Below are positions 1-10,800 of a stretch of DNA of 64,000 nt, one piece after another; position 1 is the first letter of the stretch; the number at the start of each line of letters is the position of its first letter. Source of the DNA: Oopsacas minuta. Its lineage: Eukaryota > Animalia > Porifera. Location: assembly GCA_024704765.1 (NCBI GenBank), contig JAKMXF010000055.1, positions 194,353 to 258,352 of the forward strand. The letters are read 5' to 3'. Both the position numbers and the translations under genes were made by a program. Below the pieces are notes generated by a model. That model did not search any database. It was not told the origin of the DNA and saw only the letters and a list, made by a program, of their open reading frames with translations.

Positions 1-630
1 TTTATTCATTTACACACATAGCATATGACTAATAGTGATTTGGCATTGATGCGAGCAGATTCATTTCCGGTGCTGGACTAAGTTCCTTGTTTCTCAGCAA
101 TTATAAGAGGGAGACAGTTATATACAAGGCAGAAAATGACTATTGACGTAATGCAGTTGTACGTTAGTGTTGTACTTTATCTCTGGTCTCAATTATAGTT
201 CAGGCTATATCCTAAGTAATTGCAATTAGAATATTCTTAAAATAATATGGTTTAGTGCTGGCTCAGTCAAAGGTCTATCGTACATTCTTAGAATTACAAA
301 TAACTCAATGTAGTTAAAACATGTCTTGAAAATTTGATCTTGAATTTCCTTAATCCAAAAATTCATTGCTTATTGAGAAGTACTCTTCTACACGAAAAAC
401 GAACATATTCGTTTTGATCATCGATGAAATCAGATAAGCTGTTAACAGCTATCTCTAAATTTGTTCATATTCGCATGCGGATGTACTCATTTAATATCTC
501 CCTGATTTGGCATGTGGATTTTCATTTTGAATAGCTCCAAAATGTATGTAGGAAGTTGGACAATTAATCATTAAATGAAATATAGAAGAAGATGCAACAG
601 AATAGCCAATAAAGGCCAAATTATGAAATT

Positions 631-1716
631 TCAAGAGTCAGTTCGTACCTCGAATGCAGACTTTTTTCTCTCAAGAATGTTAACGAACTTTGTGAAGAAA
701 GGTCTGTAGTCATGAGTACGTCGTTGAAATTCTACCTCATACTGATTTCGAATTTCCTTTACTCTTTCATATTCAACCTCAATTCTCGATTTTTCCTCCA
801 TCAATTCTCTAATCTTCTCCAATTCCTCACGTGGTAATACGAGTGTATTGGAAACATTTCCTTCCGCTTCTGTTTCAAATTTACCTCGCTTAAAAGCTTC
901 TGCCAATAGACGATTCATACTCTGCTCTATCCTCAATAACCTAATTTCATTCATATATACTTTATTAGGCACAATTGCCATCAAACTGAATCGTATTTCA
1001 ACACCAGTAGTCTGTCCATTCTTATCCATACCGAGACGTGTAGAAATACACTCTCTAAACAGATCAATCCAATTCTCGCCCTTACGCCAAGGCCCGTGAT
1101 CAATAGGCGCATCCTTAAGCCCATCAATTTCTATCAGATGACTATTCAGAGGAACATAGCTAACGTAATGGAACTTATCACCGTAGAACATTGTCATAGA
1201 TCCTTTTTTCCTCCCGGCACCAACGGCTAACTGAGGTGACGCATGCTTGTTATGTGCCAATGCGATTTCAGGGATATTACAGATAGATACACCCTTATTC
1301 TCTGGTGTGAATCCCTTTGTGAATTCTTTTAGAGAACTCAATGTATCTGATAACTCAACTTCTTCTGAATTCAACAATACGCTTAGCAACGAATGAGTTG
1401 CACAGGAATTTGGAACTATCTGATGTGCGAAAAACATTTCCCGTACAACTTCACTATCTTGTATTAGAAAATCAATATTTTCGTCATACAACAGTTTCCT
1501 ACGTGATTTTCTGCCAGAAACTAATTTGAATAGAAATATAAATCCATACACAGGAGGGGTAATACTATCTAAATCGTATATCTCTTCTACTTGTATGCTG
1601 GGCATCTGAAGGTCCTCTAAGAGTAGAGAAAATAAACCTGGTGCACTCTCTAACTCAAGCCATTCATCTGAGAAAAATGAAGTTTGTTTGTATTTGGAGA
1701 ATATCGTTTGATCCAT
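631..1716 (-). CDS. BAP1: BAP1/Calypso-type ubiquitin C-terminal hydrolase (UCH, peptidase C12), intronless, 361 aa
   Basis: WLELESAPGLFSLLLED, QVEEIYDL, PVYGFIFLFK, FFAHQIVPNSCATHSLLSVLLN, FHYVSYVP, EIDGLK..PIDHGPW and IRFSLMAIVP match BAP1. Catalytic Q/C/H/D present. C-terminal ULD-like RRTHDYRPF. Confidence 0.9.
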   Translation of the reverse strand: MDQTIFSKYKQTSFFSDEWLELESAPGLFSLLLEDLQMPSIQVEEIYDLDSITPPVYGFIFLFKLVSGRKSRRKLLYDENIDFLIQDSEVVREMFFAHQIVPNSCATHSLLSVLLNSEEVELSDTLSSLKEFTKGFTPENKGVSICNIPEIALAHNKHASPQLAVGAGRKKGSMTMFYGDKFHYVSYVPLNSHLIEIDGLKDAPIDHGPWRKGENWIDLFRECISTRLGMDKNGQTTGVEIRFSLMAIVPNKVYMNEIRLLRIEQSMNRLLAEAFKRGKFETEAEGNVSNTLVLPREELEKIRELMEEKSRIEVEYERVKEIRNQYEVEFQRRTHDYRPFFTKFVNILERKKSAFEVRTDS

Positions 1717-2567
1717 CTCAGAGCTAAGATTAATGCCTGATTACAGAATACAATATAGTCAGGGAATATCAGAGGCGTAGCCTAGGTCGTGCGAGGTGAT
1801 GTGGCACATCATCTGAACTTGTTCAGACTATTGTAGGCTGAAAATAGCAAAATGGTACCGGGTCTGTATTACTCTAAGCTGGGCCGCCGGAAGAGGTGCA
1901 GCTGGAACAGCCTAGGCCGCCCCAATTTATAGTACTATGCTATCTGATCATGAGCCGTACCACTTTCAATTGAGATTTAATCTATACGAGCTTTAGGCTC
2001 GTCGTTTCGCGATGAACTCGGCACATCGCGGCCCATTTGAGTATTATAAGATAGATATACGTATACGGCATATATATTATTCGGTGTGAGACATTTGTGT
2101 AGAAAGACAAATGTGTACAGAGACATATGTGTACAGATTTTCTGGGCAAATACTTAGAAATCAATCTAAGGATACAGCTCCCTTTAACTCGGCAGACTGC
2201 ATACCATGGATGTTGACTGTAGTACAACTATTTCCTTTGTTGTAGTAAAAAATATGCTTATATATTTAAGAGAAAAATCAAGAAAGAATCAAGTTATAAT
2301 TGAATCCTATCTCCAAATTAAGAAGATTCCAGATCTACTCCAGTTACCAGGAAAGTTCAAATTCATTTTTTACAATTGATTCAATTAATAGGAGAGGTGA
2401 GTTTTCAGGATTTTTGAAAAGCGACCATTAGATGTTGTATAGGGTATTTCAATACTTATTGGTGTTCATCGTTCGGAAAAGTATTATATTATAGGTGATA
2501 TATATGGCATATATATTATTGAAATATTTTGTAACGTCAGCCCCCTTTGAAGCGGTGAGAACAAATA

Positions 2568-3772
2568 CACTGGACAACATTTTACAACTTATTTTTTATT
2601 CCTTGCTCGTTTCAAGTTTACCTAGACTAATATGGCCATGCTGAATCCAAATCTGGCCTTAGATTTTTTCTAACACGTCACGTTTTTGAGATATGACATA
2701 TGCACACAACAACCCGTAATTGTCATTTTGGCTAATTTTGGCTGTGCAGAACAAAACATTACATGTAATAAACACAGTGATTGCTAGTGAAAATAACAGA
2801 ATTATCATTTTGCACAAGTTAACACAACCCAGGATGATTAAACCAGACAAAAATAACATTGTATCCTCTCAAAAGTGCTTTATACACTTGCTCTTTCGAG
2901 CATGTTTAGTGTCAGTTTCACGCTGGAGAAACCAGCAGTAGTCCTCCATCATGTTTGGGTTAAATCGACCTCTATACCGCGATTCCATCACGATATAGAG
3001 GTCAAAAATCCAGCAATATTTGTTGTGCAAAAATAACAATGCGACGTATGGTTTTTAGGTTCTCGCCAATCATAGGTACCGCAAATGGCATGGATTTCTT
3101 CTTTCCATTAAGCCATTGGATTAGACTGGCATAGCAGACGGTACAGCAGATGTGAGGTGCCAAGTTCTTGTCTTGGTCACCAACTTTGCAACCAAAGTAA
3201 TACTTGTAGCCAATCTTGACACGATTGGCAATATTTCTTCGCTGGGGCTTCGACGTAAATTTTCCACAAATATAACAGAAGTTATCTGGGTGGTTCGTGC
3301 ATTGTCTTCTGCTCGTATTCATCGTAAACAAAAAGCTTAAATACACAATCAGTTACAAACTAAAAATTCTGCAAAACAGTAATGTTGTTGGTTTATCGAT
3401 ACAGTCTACAATCCACCCGCAAGTAGGCTAAATAACCCCTCCTTATAGCCATGGCCAAGAACACTCAAGAATGCATTAATTGTCAAAAGATAAAACATTA
3501 CATTTACAAAATAATGTTAATATTAACCGTACATAATATGCATTGTTGACCAACAATTCGCTGGGAAAGAAAATTGTACAATAGGCCTAACTTGACTGTA
3601 TAGTACCTTATAATATAGTGCCAATCAATGCAAAATCCGAATTTCGTGAATTTTCATATCTTGAAATCCTGATGTGATAGACCAATTCTGATTTCAGATT
3701 TGGAATCAGCATCCCAAAGTTAGTCTAGGTAATATATTTTCATTTGAGGAATAAATTTGATGTTGCCCAGTG
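2568..3772 (-). mobile_element. Internally deleted Chapaev3-like (CMC) DNA transposon
   Basis: Imperfect TIRs CACTGGACAACAT...TACCTAGACTAA...ATGCTGAATCCAAATCTG (2568) and CACTGGGCAACAT...TACCTAGACTAA...ATGCTGATTCCAAATCTG (minus strand from 3772). ATA 3-bp duplication at 2565-2567 and 3773-3775. Family assignment from recalled motifs. Confidence 0.75.
2880..3346 (-). pseudogene. Chapaev3-like transposase remnant (N-terminal Cys-rich region joined to extreme C-terminus)
   Basis: ORF 3002-3346: CTNHPDNFCYICGKFT...GDQDKNLAPHICCTVC...WLNGKKKSMPFAVPM. Just downstream in another frame: SRYRGRFNPNMMEDYCWFLQRE. Catalytic core absent. Confidence 0.75.
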
Positions 3773-3775
3773 ATA

Positions 3776-4030
3776 TCTGCACAAATTTTGAGATTTTGCT
3801 AATTTGTTTACCTTATATTTATAAAAACAACAATAAATTTACATATGATTAATCCAAAAGTGTGAAAATCGGATTCAGCATGTTCGAAATATTTACTGAT
3901 GTTTTATTGAATTCTATTTACTTCCTTGATAAACACGATAAATACATTGTTAGGCTACAATTTCAAAATTGCATACCGTAAATCCTTTCCATGACAACGG
4001 ACAACCAAACAAACAACAATTGAGGTTTAC
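3776..4030 (+). repeat. Dispersed repeat family with (ACAA/ACAG)n tract; other copies at about 5520-5705 (-), 5895-5985 (+), 35120-35270 and 35770-35832 (+), 51745-51800 (+)
   Basis: Shared blocks GAAAATCGGATT(C)AGCAT(G/A)TTCG...TTGATAAACAC and ACCGTAAATCCTTTCC(A/T)TGACAACGGACA..CAAACAACAATTGAG recur. Class unresolved (Helitron/Helentron-like is a guess). Confidence 0.7.
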
Positions 4031-4285
4031 TTGCTGCTTGTTAGTCTGTTAGTCTGTTTGTTTGTAGAACTTTGTTATGAATTTCTATCCAATAAGTGTA
4101 GGTAAAATACAATAAATAATCACTTCTCGAATTGGTTTGTAATTTACAATAATTATACATTTAAAGAGTATTAATAGGCAATAGTTCTAGTTCATTAAAA
4201 TTAAATCAGAATAATCATGTGAAAAGTATTCTATTACAACATATCACTTATTAACATAACGTGTTAAGCATATTGAATCGATGTG

Positions 4286-4293
4286 TATAAATA
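4286..4293 (+). promoter_or_regulatory. Candidate TATA box (TATAAATA) of Maf-like gene; mirrored at 7701-7708
   Basis: Consensus TATAAATA ending 72 nt before the ATG. The AT-rich background makes chance occurrence plausible. Confidence 0.35.
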
Positions 4294-4364
4294 GAACATA
4301 AATCTTTTTAAATACAACAATATATCCAAATAATAAGAATTAACACAACATTTATTCAGGGAAA

Positions 4365-4697
4365 ATGACAAGCAATATAACGGAAGCAGAAATAGTAAGC
4401 CTAGACATAAAAGAACTAAATAAGAAATTGAAATACAAAAATGTCTCCAAACCTGAACAACAAGAGCTAAAAAAACTAAGGAGAAAAATAAAAATGAATA
4501 AATATCGCAGAGATAGCCGCATGCGAAAAACAACAGAACTAGAGACATTATTGGAGCTGCGGGCACTCCTACTAGATGAATTAATAGGTTTGGAGCAAGA
4601 AGTTGTCTACTTGCATAACAGCAAAGATCATCTCATCAAACACATCCACTCCAGCGATGAAGATGATGAATATGGAGAATTTGTCGTAGTGGACTAG
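4365..4697 (+). CDS. Small Maf-like bZIP protein (copy 1), 110 aa, divergent basic region
   Basis: ITEAEIVSLDIKELNKKLK resembles the Maf extended homology region (LTDEELVTMSVRELNQHLR). Basic region KKLRRKIKMNKYRRDSRMRK. Five-heptad leucine zipper TTELETL-LELRALL-LDELIGL-EQEVVYL-HNSKDHL. Acidic tail. Confidence 0.8.
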   Translation: MTSNITEAEIVSLDIKELNKKLKYKNVSKPEQQELKKLRRKIKMNKYRRDSRMRKTTELETLLELRALLLDELIGLEQEVVYLHNSKDHLIKHIHSSDEDDEYGEFVVVD

Positions 4698-7001
4698 TCA
4701 TATATGCGCACGCGGCTTCCCTGCGTTGACTTATATTTGTTTGTAATTTTATTATTTAATTGATTCAATTTTGTAATTATTTATAGTCTTATTAGTGGGT
4801 ATTCATTAACGAAACGCGGTTGAATCATTTTAATTAATAATGTGCCAGACTTGATTCGAAATTCCTTTTTCACTGGATAGTAATATTTCTATTACTAATA
4901 TTACTGCATGTTAGTAGACAATAACTAGAATTTAATTAGATATTACAATTGCAACACCTGATGTAGCATTAGGAATTTGGAGCGATAATATACTCAGACA
5001 GATATGTAGTTTTAAGTAGGTGGTGCGACAATTCCAGGCACAATGCTGTTGAGCAATAAAACATGTAAAATAATATTAAAAATACAAAAGTAAATTTATT
5101 ATTTCTCATTACCAATCTCATCTAATTTCTTTGCTGTATAGATAAATTTGCTATTTTTGTTAATGTTCTCATGCGTTACTTTACAGTTTGCTCCACGAGC
5201 CACCGCACTGGCTAGTAGCTACGTCCCTGGTATAGATTGAGTAGGTGCTGGTCTGATTAATATTATATATATAACACACTGTTTTAATAAGTAAATTTTC
5301 CTGACAAATTGAAGTCAGATAGTGTTGCTAATATATCACGTCAGCAATAAATTTCATGCACTGAATGAAGCTCTTTATTTATAACTGCGATTGAATAGAG
5401 ATTACTGGTTTTATACAATTAGAGCCACTCTTCTCCGCGTAAATATTGTCAATATATAGTAGTAACAACTTTGATTCTACATACTGCCGAAACCGGTATT
5501 TCCTAATAGATATTTGCAGGCAAATCTATATTATTAAATCTCAATTGTTGTTTGTTTGTCTGTCCGTTGTCAAGGAAAGGATTTACGGTTATACAATTTT
5601 GAAATTGTCGCATAAGTATGTATTTATCGTGTTTATCAAGGAAATAAATAGAATTTAATAAAACTTGACTAAATATATCGAATATGCTGAATCCTATTTT
5701 CATACTTTAGAATAATCATATGTATACATATTTCTTTGTTGTTTTTATGAATATAAAGTAAGTATACATATTATTTCCGTTGCCTAAATTAGCCCAATCT
5801 CAAAATATCGTAAGAGACTTACTCTATAAGTAGCAAGCGAAGGGCACCAATATGAATAAAAACTGCATTAAATTTTGCTTTGTTACTGTTGTTTATTTAG
5901 TGTGAAAATCGGGTTAGCATGTTCGATGTATTTTGTTAAGTTTTATTGGATTCTATTTACTTTCTTGATAAAAATGAAGAAGGATTTTTGTCCAGACATG
6001 TAGACACGTATGTATTTGACATAGAGGTCTAGTTCTTCTTTAGAATAGTTGATAAATTCTAAATATTAGTAGGTTTAAAATTGTTAGAACACAACGAAAA
6101 TTACATTTGTAGATTGTTCTTATGTTGATTTCCTTATATTAGTCTTAATTTGTGTGGAGTGTGAAGAAACTAGTCTAAAGTCAAACATTCAAGTATTCTA
6201 CAACTAATAATTAATTACATTTTATCACTATTTTTTAGATCTATTACATCATAATAGAGATGGATCATCGTTTCATAAATTAGATTAAATAATATCCAAT
6301 AAGTCTCCTCTGGTGTAACTAACGTAAAGCATGATATTGATAGTGTGCTATCTCCATTAATATATATTAATATATGTATTGATTAAACCAGATCAGGGGT
6401 TCCTAACCCCCGACATTACATTGCCCATCGAAAATCCTAATAATACCCCACTTATGGTAATTACCCCGGTGCTTCGTTAGAATTTAGATCAGAATTTATT
6501 GTGATCAGTTCCACACTAATTTTGAACAGTTGTTATCATTTTGACCGATAGATTCTAATCTGCTTCAAACAGTGAATTTTCTCCAATATTTATGGCATAG
6601 GTACAACTAGGACTATTTTGGTGCCCACCGAAATGTTCCTAGTTGCGGCTATACCAACGAATATCCCCAGCTCCTGCTATCAAATATTCTACCAAATGAA
6701 AGTTAAGCAAATATTAAGTTTGTGAGTGGATAGTGCCTAACTTGGAATTCGAGTGCCCACCTAGATTTGGCTCCACTATAATAGAAAATGTATGAGGCGG
6801 GTGAGAATGAGAGCCACGACGCCATCTTTTCCGCCCTGACTCATGATCCTATTGCGCCAATGTTCAATGGTGATAGTAAATATATCATGAATTACTGAAT
6901 CAATTATAACACTCCTGAATTTCTTAGCAACTGCGGAAAGTATTATTAAATCCCAATTGCATATCCGTCTGATATTAAATGTTATACTTCGTATGTATAA
7001 T

Positions 7002-7928
7002 TATATTATCGCTCCAAATTCCTAATGCTACATCAGGTGTTGCAATCGTAATATCTAATTAAATTCTAGTTATTGTCTACTAACATGCAGTAATATTAGT
7101 AATAGAAATATTACTATCCAATGAAAAAGGAATTTCGAATCAAGTCTGGCACATTATTAATTAAAATGATTCAACCGCGTTTCGTTAATGAATACCCACT
7201 AATAAGACTATAAATAATTACAAAATTGAATCAATTAAATAATAAAATTACAAACAAATATAAGTCAACGCAGGGAAGCCGCGTGCGCATATATGACTAG
7301 TCCACTACGACAAATTCTCCATATTCATCATCTTCATCGCTGGAGTGGATGTGTTTGATGAGATGATCTTTGCTGTTATGCAAGTAGACAACTTCTTGCT
7401 CCAAACCTATTAATTCATCTAGTAGGAGTGCCCGCAGCTCCAATAATGTCTCTAGTTCTGTTGTTTTTCGCATGCGGCTATCTCTGCGATATTTATTCAT
7501 TTTTATTTTTCTCCTTAGTTTTTTTAGCTCTTGTTGTTCAGGTTTGGAGACATTTTTGTATTTCAATTTCTTATTTAGTTCTTTTATGTCTAGGCTTACT
7601 ATTTCTGCTTCCGTTATATTGCTTGTCATTTTCCCTGAATAAATGTTGTGTTAATTCTTATTATTTGGATATATTGTTGTATTTAAAAAGATTTATGTTC
7701 TATTTATACACATCGATTCAATATGCTTAACACGTTATGTTAATAAGTGATATGTTGTAATAGAATACTTTTCACATGATTATTCTGATTTAATTTTAAT
7801 GAACTAGAACTATTGCCTATTAATACTCTTTAAATGTATAATTATTGTAAATTACAAACCAATTCGAGAAGTGATTATTTATTGTATTTTACCTACACTT
7901 ATTGGATAGAAATGCATAACAAAGTTCT
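7002..7928 (-). repeat. Right arm of 927-bp inverted repeat
   Basis: Reverse complement of 4066-4992. Arms are separated by a 2009-bp non-palindromic spacer (4993-7001). Confidence 0.97.
7297..7629 (-). CDS. Small Maf-like bZIP protein (copy 2), identical to 4365-4697
   Basis: Identical 110-aa translation in the ORF track; convergent with copy 1. Confidence 0.8.
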   Translation of the reverse strand: MTSNITEAEIVSLDIKELNKKLKYKNVSKPEQQELKKLRRKIKMNKYRRDSRMRKTTELETLLELRALLLDELIGLEQEVVYLHNSKDHLIKHIHSSDEDDEYGEFVVVD

Positions 7929-8980
7929 TGTAAATTCGAGAACTTTCATTTGTAATTTATTTCTTCTTATGAGAATTCTTAAATAAATAATTCTGGTACT
8001 ATTAATTAACAGATTATGAATATGCGAATTATGACCTAAATTTTAGGAAAAGGTGATGGATTGCGTTCCCTTTTAACAATTAGAATGACCATATGGCAAT
8101 CATAGACCCTCTCCCTTCTATCCTGTGTAGTATATGGTGTTTTAAAATCAGAGCAGAGTATTTCCTGAATAATGAAGGTTATTGCCTTTATTTGCTAATA
8201 TTCAGTTGAAATATTGTTTGCCAACAGAAGTTCAGGTTCCGTTCACTCTCCGTACAAGTAATAGGATAATTCCATTTATCAATTCAATATTCTTTAAAAC
8301 TAAACCAGTTTGTGATATCATTGTGATCTGTGTAAATAGGCCGAAGTTTCTGTATCATCTACCATACAGGACTAATATCGAAATAAACTATAAGACAATC
8401 AACACTATTATACTACTTCTCATCGAATCGCCTAGAACCCTCTAAACCAGTGATCCGCGGATCCTTTAAATTGAACATAAGGGGTCCGCTACCCTAAACT
8501 ATACTTCTATAGTTCCGTCTTGCTATATTCTTCATTCATTTTGTATGGCTCTGGTTTACAAGTATGTAGCAGCATGAAATTTACTTACAGCGCTACATTA
8601 CTTTTATTATTGCCTTTATCGCATCAATTATAACGCAATTCAGCTGAACATCCTAAAATAATAAATAGAGTTACGTAATCATTTGTTTAATTTATAAAAA
8701 ATGCGCTATACATATTGACTCAAATATCTCTCGTTCAAGGACATTTGCATTTGAAAATATAAATGTGGAATGGGGGTTATTAGGAGATTCACCGGCCTGA
8801 CCTCCCCACTTATAAAGGTTCTACTGTACTCTATATTTTATATATCTTTGAATTCCTTTACAAGCTGAAATGAAAGTTTTTGCAGTTGACTTTTGGAAAG
8901 ATTGTATTTTCATAGCATTAGTTAATTTATATTAATAATTTCTTATTGAACAGTATGTTTGAATATTTAGACATTTCCGT

Positions 8981-10039
8981 TGTTGTAGTGCCATCTGTTC
9001 CTCCTAATTTAGTCCCCCGGACTTCTGGCACTAAGGCAAGATGTCCCTGTACCAGTTAGATTTGCCCAAAATAACCTGGATATTATGTTATATTCTAATG
9101 ATAAATAATTAATCATAATTCATAACAAACTAATAACAATAAATAATCGTACTACTTCTGAAATTCCTTTCTATACTCTATAGTACGAGTAAAACCTATT
9201 CCAAATTCAGGTATTTCTAATCAGTTTGGTACTACGACCTTTCTCTGCCATCTCTTCGTGCACTCTCGACGTGGCTTTTTTGATGGCGGGAACAGAGTCA
9301 TGTTCAATTGTTCTAGACAGCTGCGTAGAAATGTTCGTAACTTTTTCGACGAATAACTCGGCGTTCGTTTTTGGAAGATTTTAAAGGATAGCGTTTAAAA
9401 GCTGCATGTTCGTATATCTGATCATACAATATATCCAACATTATTGTAGAGAAATGAATACAAGAAATTTAGTGACTACAACTCATATTCATTGAACACT
9501 AGTATATACTACAACCGGTGAGTGTTGAATGTTATCGCAAGTTTCAACATAGATTTATCAAGTAAATATCTCTGTGGCATTTATAATATCAACCACAACA
9601 AGTATTACAGTGGCGTTTCTAGGCTTTTGATTAGGAGTGTGCTAATTTATATGAGTTGACATTGAAATTAAAAAGATTTCGTCAGACTATATTCACTATA
9701 ATAGTACTTCTCTATCAATGAAGGGCAGGGAAGCACTCGATTTGATTGTAGGAACCACAGAATACTTGATTTTTAGACAACAATCTCTGTCTAAATCTTT
9801 ATCAACTACTATCATTGTTGTTCAAGGGTTGTGCTCGAGCACCCATTGCGCGCTCCTGGATAGTGAATACGCCACTAAGTATGTACAGTTGAAACCGGTG
9901 TCATAGTGCCACAAGTCCGGGGGGACATCTGACCCTAGAGCCAGAAGTCCGGGGGAGACAGCTGACTCTAGTGCCATTAGTCCGGGGGAACTCCTTTCCC
10001 TAGTGTCAGAAGTCAGGGGGGACAGCTGACCCTCTCACA
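8981..10039 (-). mobile_element. Degenerate Ginger-like non-autonomous element with subterminal 32-bp repeats
   Basis: TGT...ACA ends with 16/24 terminal identity. Flanks CCGT/CAGT. Inverted copy of the repeat unit at about 9010-9033. Minus-strand fragment at about 9210-9420 (IYEHAAFKRYPLKSSKNERRVIRRK) resembles the YP...RRK N-terminus of the neighbouring Ginger1 transposase. Confidence 0.45.
9904..10032 (+). repeat. Four tandem 32-33 bp units (TAGTGCCAGAAGTCCGGGGG...ACAGCTGACCC)
   Basis: Units start at 9904, 9936, 9969 and 10001, with no unique spacers. Confidence 0.9.
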
Positions 10040-10800
10040 CAGTATCAAGCTATTATTGAATAATAATTTTAAACCTGTATTTCTGAGTTCTGCCTTAGTA
10101 ATCATCAGATCGGTATCAAGCTCATAATTTTATCACTATTTACTACTGCCTTATTCAGTGATGAGACTTCAATTAACATGGTTTCCGCTCGTATTGATAG
10201 CCAGTTTAAGAAGTTATGTAAAATTTTCGGAAAGGTGAAAGGCATAGCTATGTAAAAGCAAGATTAAATTTAGCTGCATACCATGCAGGTCCTTAAAGAC
10301 CTATGATGTGTAGCAATCGTACTTTGGGTAAATTTTTACGCAAATACCCAATTCATGGACAGATAGAAAGCCTGGATAAAGACTGGACATCTTAATAAAA
10401 TTTTCAGAACCTATACTGTCCAGGATAGACAATTGCAACCCTAATTCACACCTGTGTAAACGGTTTGGGGGATTCTCGCCCCTAAATCGCTAGCGTTTTG
10501 TGGACCCCTGGATCCCTAAAACGGTAGCGAAATAGAGATTAATAAAGGGATACTGGGCCGTTGCATAGATTAGTGAGGCACGTAGAATATTGAGGCACTG
10601 TCTACATAGACCATGGATGAATATCTACTGTAGAATATTGAGGCACGGTAACAGAAGGAGAAACTATATACATAATATGTAGTTATCATTATGCGGTTTA
10701 TTTGTAGTATTGACGTAATAATGACTTGACACATTTGTGACCAAGATAGCTTTCTCGAATTCGCATATAAATTGTAAATTATTTTCAAGTAACAATAAAG

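Larger units (their letters stand above)
4066..4992 (+). repeat. Left arm of 927-bp inverted repeat
   Basis: Reverse complement of 7002-7928. Three mismatches found by eye (4080, 4873, 4947), none in the ORF. Confidence 0.97.

Noticed and set aside
363-450. VLIIDEI followed by frameshifted DKLL resembles an AAA+ Walker B motif
   Set aside because: Only about 25 open codons between stops; no Walker A or clear exon borders.
848-1099. 83-aa ORF antisense to BAP1
   Set aside because: Shadow frame with no recognisable motif.
4264-4566. 100-aa hydrophobic ORF (also 7428-7730) that looks like a membrane protein
   Set aside because: Antisense shadow of the A-rich, Lys-rich bZIP ORF; the F/L richness follows from the complementary codons.
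4066-7928. Palindrome as a fold-back sequencing chimera
   Set aside because: Three differences between arms and a unique 2-kb spacer argue against a simple artefact; long reads are still needed to exclude it.
9904-10032. CRISPR-like 32-bp repeats
   Set aside because: Units are directly tandem with no unique spacers, no cas genes, and a eukaryotic context.
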